This document shows, piece after piece, positions 57,401 to 64,000 of a stretch of 64,000 nucleotides of DNA. The stretch's first letter is position 1. Every line of letters begins with the position of its first letter. The translations under genes were made by a program, and so were the position numbers. Origin of the DNA: the human T2T-CHM13v2.0 reference genome, Homo sapiens; the NCBI RefSeq assembly GCF_009914755.1, contig NC_060931.1, one strand, 5' to 3'. Below the pieces are notes generated by a model. The model was not told the DNA's origin. It did no database searches and worked only from the letters and a program-made list of their open reading frames with translations.

Positions 57401-60400
57401 ATGTTTCTGTTCAATTCTATTTGATGATTCCATTTGATTGTATTCGAGGATTCCATTCCATATCATTCGATGATCATTCCTTTCAATTTCATTCAATGAT
57501 TTCATTCGATTCCAAAGATGATGATTCCATTCAAAGCTATTCAATTATTCCATTTGATTCCATTCGATGATGCTTCTGTGCGATGCCATTAGATGTTTCC
57601 ATTCGGTTCCATTCGATGATGATTCCATTCAAGTCCATTCGATGATTCTATTCAATTACACTCGCTGATAATTCCTCTCGATTCCATTCGATGTTTCCTT
57701 TTTATTCCATTCCATGATGGTTCCATTTGAGTCCATTCGTTGATTGCTTTCGAGTCTATTCGATGATTCCATTCGATTCCATTTGATGATGATTCCATTT
57801 GAGTCCATTCAATAATTCCATCTGATTCCATTCGATGATGACTGCATTCGGTTCCATTCAATGATGATTTGAACAGACTCCATTCAATGACTCCATTCGA
57901 TTACATTCATTGATGATTCCATTAGATTCCATTCATTGATGATTCCATTCGATTCCATTTGATGATTCCACTTGATTCCATTCGTTGATGATTCCATTCG
58001 TGTCCATTTGATGATTCCATTCAAGTCCATTCAATGTTTCCTTTCGATTCCACTCAACGTAGATTCCATTTGAGTCCATTCAATGATTAAATTTGAGTGT
58101 GTTCCATGATTTCATTCGATTCCATTCGATGATCATTCTATTAGAGTCCATTCGATTATTCCATTTTATTTCATTCAATGGTGATTGTATTCAATTCCAA
58201 TCAATGATTCCATTCGAGTCCATTCGATGATTCCATAACATTCCATTCGATGGTGATTCCATTCCATTCCATTCGATGATGATTCCATTTGACTCCCTTC
58301 ATTGATGATTTGATTAGATTCCATTCGATGATGATTCCATTCGACTCCATTCGATGATGATTCCATTCAATTCCATTTGATGCTTCAATTCAATTCCATT
58401 CGATGGTTTCATTCGATTCCATTTGATGATGATTCCATTCGATTCCATTCCATGATGATTGCATTTGATTCCATTCAATGTCTCCATTCGATTCCTTTTG
58501 ATAATGATTCCATTCGTGTCCATTGGATGATTCCGTTCGATTCTTTTTGATGATGATTCCGTTTGATGACATTCAATGATTCCATGCCATTTCATTCGAT
58601 GATTCCTTTCAATTCCATTCCATGATTCGTTTTGATTCCATTTGATGATGATTCCTTTCGAGTCCATACAATGATTCCATTCAATTCCATTCGATGATGA
58701 TTCCATTCGGGTTCATTTAATGATTCCATTCAATTCGGTTCGATGATGATTCCATCTGACTACATTCGATGATTCTGTTCCAGTCCATTCGATTATTCCT
58801 TTCGATTCCATATGATGATGATTCGATTCGATTCCATTCGATGATTCCATTCAATTCCATTCGATGATGATTCCATTAGAGTCCATTTGATGATTCCATT
58901 CGATTCTATTCAATGATGATTCCATTTGAGGCCATTCGATGATTGCATTTGAGTCCATTTGATGATTTCACTTGATTCCACTCGATGATGATTCCTTTTG
59001 AGTCCATTCGATGATTCCATTCGAGTCCATTCGATGATTCCATTTGATTGCATTCGATGATGATTCAATTGGAAGCCAATCGGTGATTCCATTGGAGTCC
59101 ATTTGGTGACTCCTTTCTATTCCATTCGAAGAGGACTCCATTAGAGGCTATTTGATGATTGCATTAGGTTCAATTCATGATGATTCCATTCGAGTCCATT
59201 CAATGATTCCATTCGATTCCACTTGATGATGATTCCTTTCGAGTCCATTCAATGATTCCTTTCGAGTGCCTTCAATGATTCCATTCAATTCCATTCGATG
59301 GTAATTCCATTCGACTCCATTCAATGATTCCATTCAGTTGCATTCGATGATTACATACGATTTCATTCGATGATGATTCCATTTGAGTCCATTTGATGAT
59401 TCCATTTGATATCTTTTGAGTATGATTCCATGCGAGTCCATTCGATGATTCTATTCGATTCCATTCCATGATAATTCCATTCGATTCCATTCCATGATTA
59501 CACCATTGGAGTCCATTCGATGATTCCTTTTGATTCCATTTGATGATTCCATTCGATTCCATTCGATGATGTTTGCATTCAAGTCCATTCAATGATGATT
59601 CCATTTGACTGAATTCGATGATTCCAATCGATTTCATCTGATGATTGGAGTCCATTCGGTGATTCCTTTAGATTCCACTCAAAGATGATTCCATTCAATT
59701 CCATTCCATGATACCATTCCATTCCATTCATTGATGATTCCATTTGATTCCATTTGATGATTCCATTTTATTCCATTCCATGATGATTCCATTCAATTTC
59801 ATTTGATGATTCCATTCCATTCTATTCGATGATGATTCCATTCATGTCCATTTGATGATTCCATTCTTTTCCATACATTGATGATTCCATTAGAGTATAT
59901 TCGATGATTCCATTCGAATCCATTCTATGATGATTATATTCGATTCCATTCGATGATTCCATTCGAGTACATTCGATGATTCCACTCGATTCCATTCGAT
60001 GATTATTCCAATGGAGTCCATTTGGTGATTAATTTAGATTCCACTCGAAGATGATTCCATTTGATTCCATTCGATGATACCATTCGATTCCATTCATTGA
60101 TGATTCCATTCAAGTGCATTTGATGATACCATTCGATTCCTTTTGATGATGATTCCATTCATTTCCATTCAGTGATTCCATTCGATTCCATTCAATGATG
60201 ATTCCATTCGTGTCAATTCGATGATTCCATTGGAATCCATTTGATGATGATTCCATTGGAATCCATTTGATGATGATTCCATTCAGTGATTCCATTCAAT
60301 TCTATTCAATAATGATTCCATTCGATTACATTCGATGATGATTCCATTGGATTCCATTCTATGATTCCATTTGATTCCATTCGTTGATTCCATTCGATTC

Positions 60401-63400
60401 TATTTGATGATTATTCCATTTGATTCCATTCGATGATAATTGCATTCAATTCCATTCGATGATTCCGATTGATTCCATTTGATGATTAGATTCGATTCCA
60501 TTCGATGATTCCATTTGATTCCATTTGATAATGATTCCATTCGAGTCCATTCGATGATTCCATTTGAGCCCATTCGATAATTCCATTTGAGGCCAATTGA
60601 TGATTCCATTCAAGTCCATTCAATTTCTCCACTTGATTTCATTCGTTGATGATTGCATTCGTTTCCATTAGATGATGATTCCTTTCGATTCCATTCGATG
60701 AGGATTCCATTTGATAACATTCAATGATGATTCCATTTGATTCCTTTGATTGATTCCATTCGATTCCTTTGATTGATTCCATTCAATTCCATTTGATGAT
60801 GATACCATTTGTGTTGATTCTATTATTCCGTTTGATTCCATTAGATGATGATTCCATTCTAATCCATTCAATGATTTCATTCAAGTCCATTTGATGATTC
60901 CTTTCAATTCCATTCGATGATGATTCCATTCGATGCTATTTGATGATTCCATTCGATTTCATTCGATGATGATTCCATTTGACTCCATTCAATGATTCCA
61001 TTCGAGTCCATTCAATTATTTCATTAGATTCCATTTGATGATGATTCCATTCGATGCCATTTGATGATTCCATTTGATTCCATTCAATGATGATACCATT
61101 TGAGTTTATTTGATAAAGTCTGCATTCGATTCCATTCGATGATTCCATTTGATTCCATTCGATGATGACTCTTATCCATTCCATTCGATGATTCCATTTG
61201 ATTCCATTTGATGATTCCATTTGATTCCATTCAAAAATGATTACATTCGAGTCCATTCGATGATTCCATTCAAGCCCATTCAATGATTCTATTTGAGTCC
61301 AATCCATGATTCCATTAGAGTCTATCCGATCATTCCATTTTAGTCCATTTGGTGATGATTCCATTCGAGTCCATTCGATTATTCCATTCTAGTCCATTCC
61401 ATAATTCCATTTGAGTCCATTCGATGATGCTTTTGATTCCGTTCGATGATATTCCATTTGAGTCCGTTTGATGATTCCATTCGAGTCTATGCAAAGATGA
61501 TTCCATTCGTGTCCAGTCGGTGATTCCATTAGATTTCATTCGATGATGATTCCTTTCGAGTCCATTCGATGATTCCATTCGAGTCCATGAAATGATGAAA
61601 TTCAAGTCCATTTGATGATTCCTTTCAATCCCACTTAATGTTTCCATTTGAATAAATTCGATGATTCCATTTGATTCCATTTGATGATGATTCCATTCGT
61701 GTCCATTCGATGATTCCATTTGATTTCATTTGATGGTGATTTCATTCGAGTCCATTCGATGATTCCATTTGATTCCATTCGGTGATGATTCCATTCGAGT
61801 CCATTTGATGATTCTATTCGAATCCATTTGATGATTGCTTTTGATTATACTTGATGAAGATTCCATTCGATTCCATTTGATGATGATTCCATTCGAATCC
61901 CTTTGATGATTCCATTTGATTCCATTCTCTGATGATTACATTTGAGTCCAAACGATGATTCCCGTCAATTTCCTATGATGATGATTCCATTCGATGATTC
62001 TATTCTATTGCATTCAATAATGATTCCCTTCGAGTAAATTAGATGATTCCATTCTATTCCATTTGATGATTGTTCTACTCGTGCCCATTAGATGATTCCA
62101 CACGATTCCATTCCATGATGATTCTATTCGAGTCCATTAGATTATTCCATTCGATTCAATTCGAGAATGATTCCATTCAATTCCATTCATTGGTGATTGC
62201 ATTCAATTCCATTCATTGATTCCATTCCATTCCATTCGCCAATGATTCCATTCGATTCCATTCTATGATTCCACATGATTCCACTTGACAATGATTCCAC
62301 TTGACGATGATTCCATTCGATTCCATTCAATGACTCCATTTGATTCCATTCAATGATGATTGCTTTGATTCCATTCGATGATTCTATTCGATTCCATTGG
62401 ATGATGATTCCGTTCGATTTCATTTGATGATTCCATTTGATTCTATTTGAGGATTCCATTCGTTTCCATTTGATGATGATTCCATTTGAGTCCATTCGAT
62501 GATTTCATTTGATTCCATTCAATGATTCAATTCGAGTCCATTTGATGGTTCCATTCAATTCCGTTTGATGATGATTCCATTAGAGTCAGTTCGATGACTC
62601 TATTTGAGTCCATTCGATAATTCCATTCGAGTCCATTCGATGATTCCATTCGATTCCATTTGATGATTCCATTCATGTCCGTTTGATCATTACTTTCATA
62701 TCCATTCGGTGATTCCATTGGATTACTTTTGATGATGTTCCCATTCGATTCCATTTGACAATGATCCCATTCGATTCCATTCGATGATGATTCCATTCGA
62801 GTCCATTCAGTGGTTCAAATTGATTTCATTCAATGATGATACCATTCGTGCCTTTTGATGATTCCATTCGAGTCCTTTCGTTGATTCCATCCGATTCCAT
62901 TTGATGATGATTCCATTCGAGTCCATTCGATGATTGCTTTCGATTTCATTTGTTGATTCAATTGGAGTCTATTTGATTATTCCATTCGAGTCCATTCGAT
63001 GATGATTCTATTCGTTTCCATTCGATGATTCGGTTCGCTTCCATTTGATGATTCCCTGACATTCCTTTCCATGATGATGCCATTCCATTCCATTCGATGA
63101 TTCCATTCGATTCTATTCCACGATGATTCCTTTTGATTACATTCGTTGATGATTCCATTCGATTCCATTCAGTGGAGGATTCCATTCAATTCCATTCGAT
63201 GATGACTGAATTCGGTTCCATTTGATGATGATTCGAATGGATTCCATTTGAGTTCTCCATTTGATTACATTCATTGATGATTCCATTCGCTCTCGATACA
63301 TTATTATTCCATTAGATACCATTTGATGATAATTCCATTCGACACCATTCGATGACGATTCTATTCGATCCCATTCAATGATGATTCCATTTGATTCCAT

Positions 63401-64000
63401 TCAACTCCATTCGATGATTATTCCATTTGAGTAATTCAGTGTCTCCATTCGATACCATTCAATGATGATTTCATTCTAGTCCATTCATTGATTCCATTCC
63501 AGTCCATTTTATTATTCCTTTCAATTCCTTTCAATGATGATTACATTCTAGTCCATTCAATGATTCCATTTTATTCCATTCACTGATGATTCCATTCGAG
63601 TGCATTCAATGTTTCCATTTGATTTCATTTGATGATGATGCCATTCTATTGCATTTGATGATTCCATTCTATTCCATTTGATGATGATTCCATTTGAGTC
63701 CATTCGATGATTCCATTCGATTCCATTTGATGATGAGTCCACTTAAGTCCATTCGATGATTCCATTCGTGTCCATTCTATGATTCCGTTAGATTCCATTC
63801 GATATTGATTCCATTTGATGCCATTCGATGATTCCATTCGATTCCATTCAAGGATGATTCCACTCATGTCCATTCGATGTTTGCATTCGATTCCATTTGA
63901 TGATGATTCAATTCGTGTCCATTCCATGATTCCATTGAATTCCATTCGATGATGATTCCCTTCAAATCCATTCGATGATTGCATTCTATTACCATCAATG
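27473..64000 (+). repeat. Human Satellite II (HSat2), diverged array, CATTC strand on +, running off the window end
   Basis: Continuous 23/26-bp units ATTCCATTCGATTCCATTCGATG(ATG) with the GAGTCC variant. The CATTCGAT/GATGAT motifs distinguish it from pure (CATTC)n HSat3. Confidence 0.97.

Noticed and set aside
27352-63984. More than 100 minus-strand ORFs rich in MESSNGIEWNH motifs
   Set aside because: Translations of the GAATG strand of HSat2 in all three frames, with no gene structure.
27473-64000. CRISPR-like repeat-spacer array, or HSat3
   Set aside because: There are no unique spacers and no cas genes; the units are contiguous tandem 23/26-mers. The CATTCGAT/GATGAT composition is HSat2 rather than simple (CATTC)n HSat3.

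Overview
This is primate pericentromeric DNA, most likely human or great ape, and not a microbial locus. It has three parts. (1) 1-~4354: about 25 diverged 171-bp alpha-satellite monomers on the minus strand. A- and B-type monomers alternate irregularly (SF5/R1-R2-like), four CENP-B boxes are intact, and the last ~1 kb is a regular D1/D2 (SF2)-like dimer. (2) ~4355-27472: about 23 kb of AT-rich DNA of euchromatic type, packed with old interspersed repeats (L1M fragments, L2, MIR, Tigger3, MER20, MaLR/ERV1/ERVL solo LTRs, three Alus) and a ~620-bp polypurine tract. It is best read as a segmental duplication or relic trapped between satellites. (3) ~27473-64000: an uninterrupted, single-orientation, diverged Human Satellite II (HSat2) array of 23/26-bp CATTC-based units, arranged as a patchwork of shuffled cassettes with many short tandem duplications. 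No credible protein-coding gene, RNA gene or CRISPR array is visible; the long ORFs are satellite, low-complexity or decayed L1 read-throughs. I found no undescribed gene system. The observations worth following up concern satellite architecture, junction scars and DUX4-type motifs. Repeat subfamily names come from remembered consensus sequences and need RepeatMasker/Dfam confirmation.
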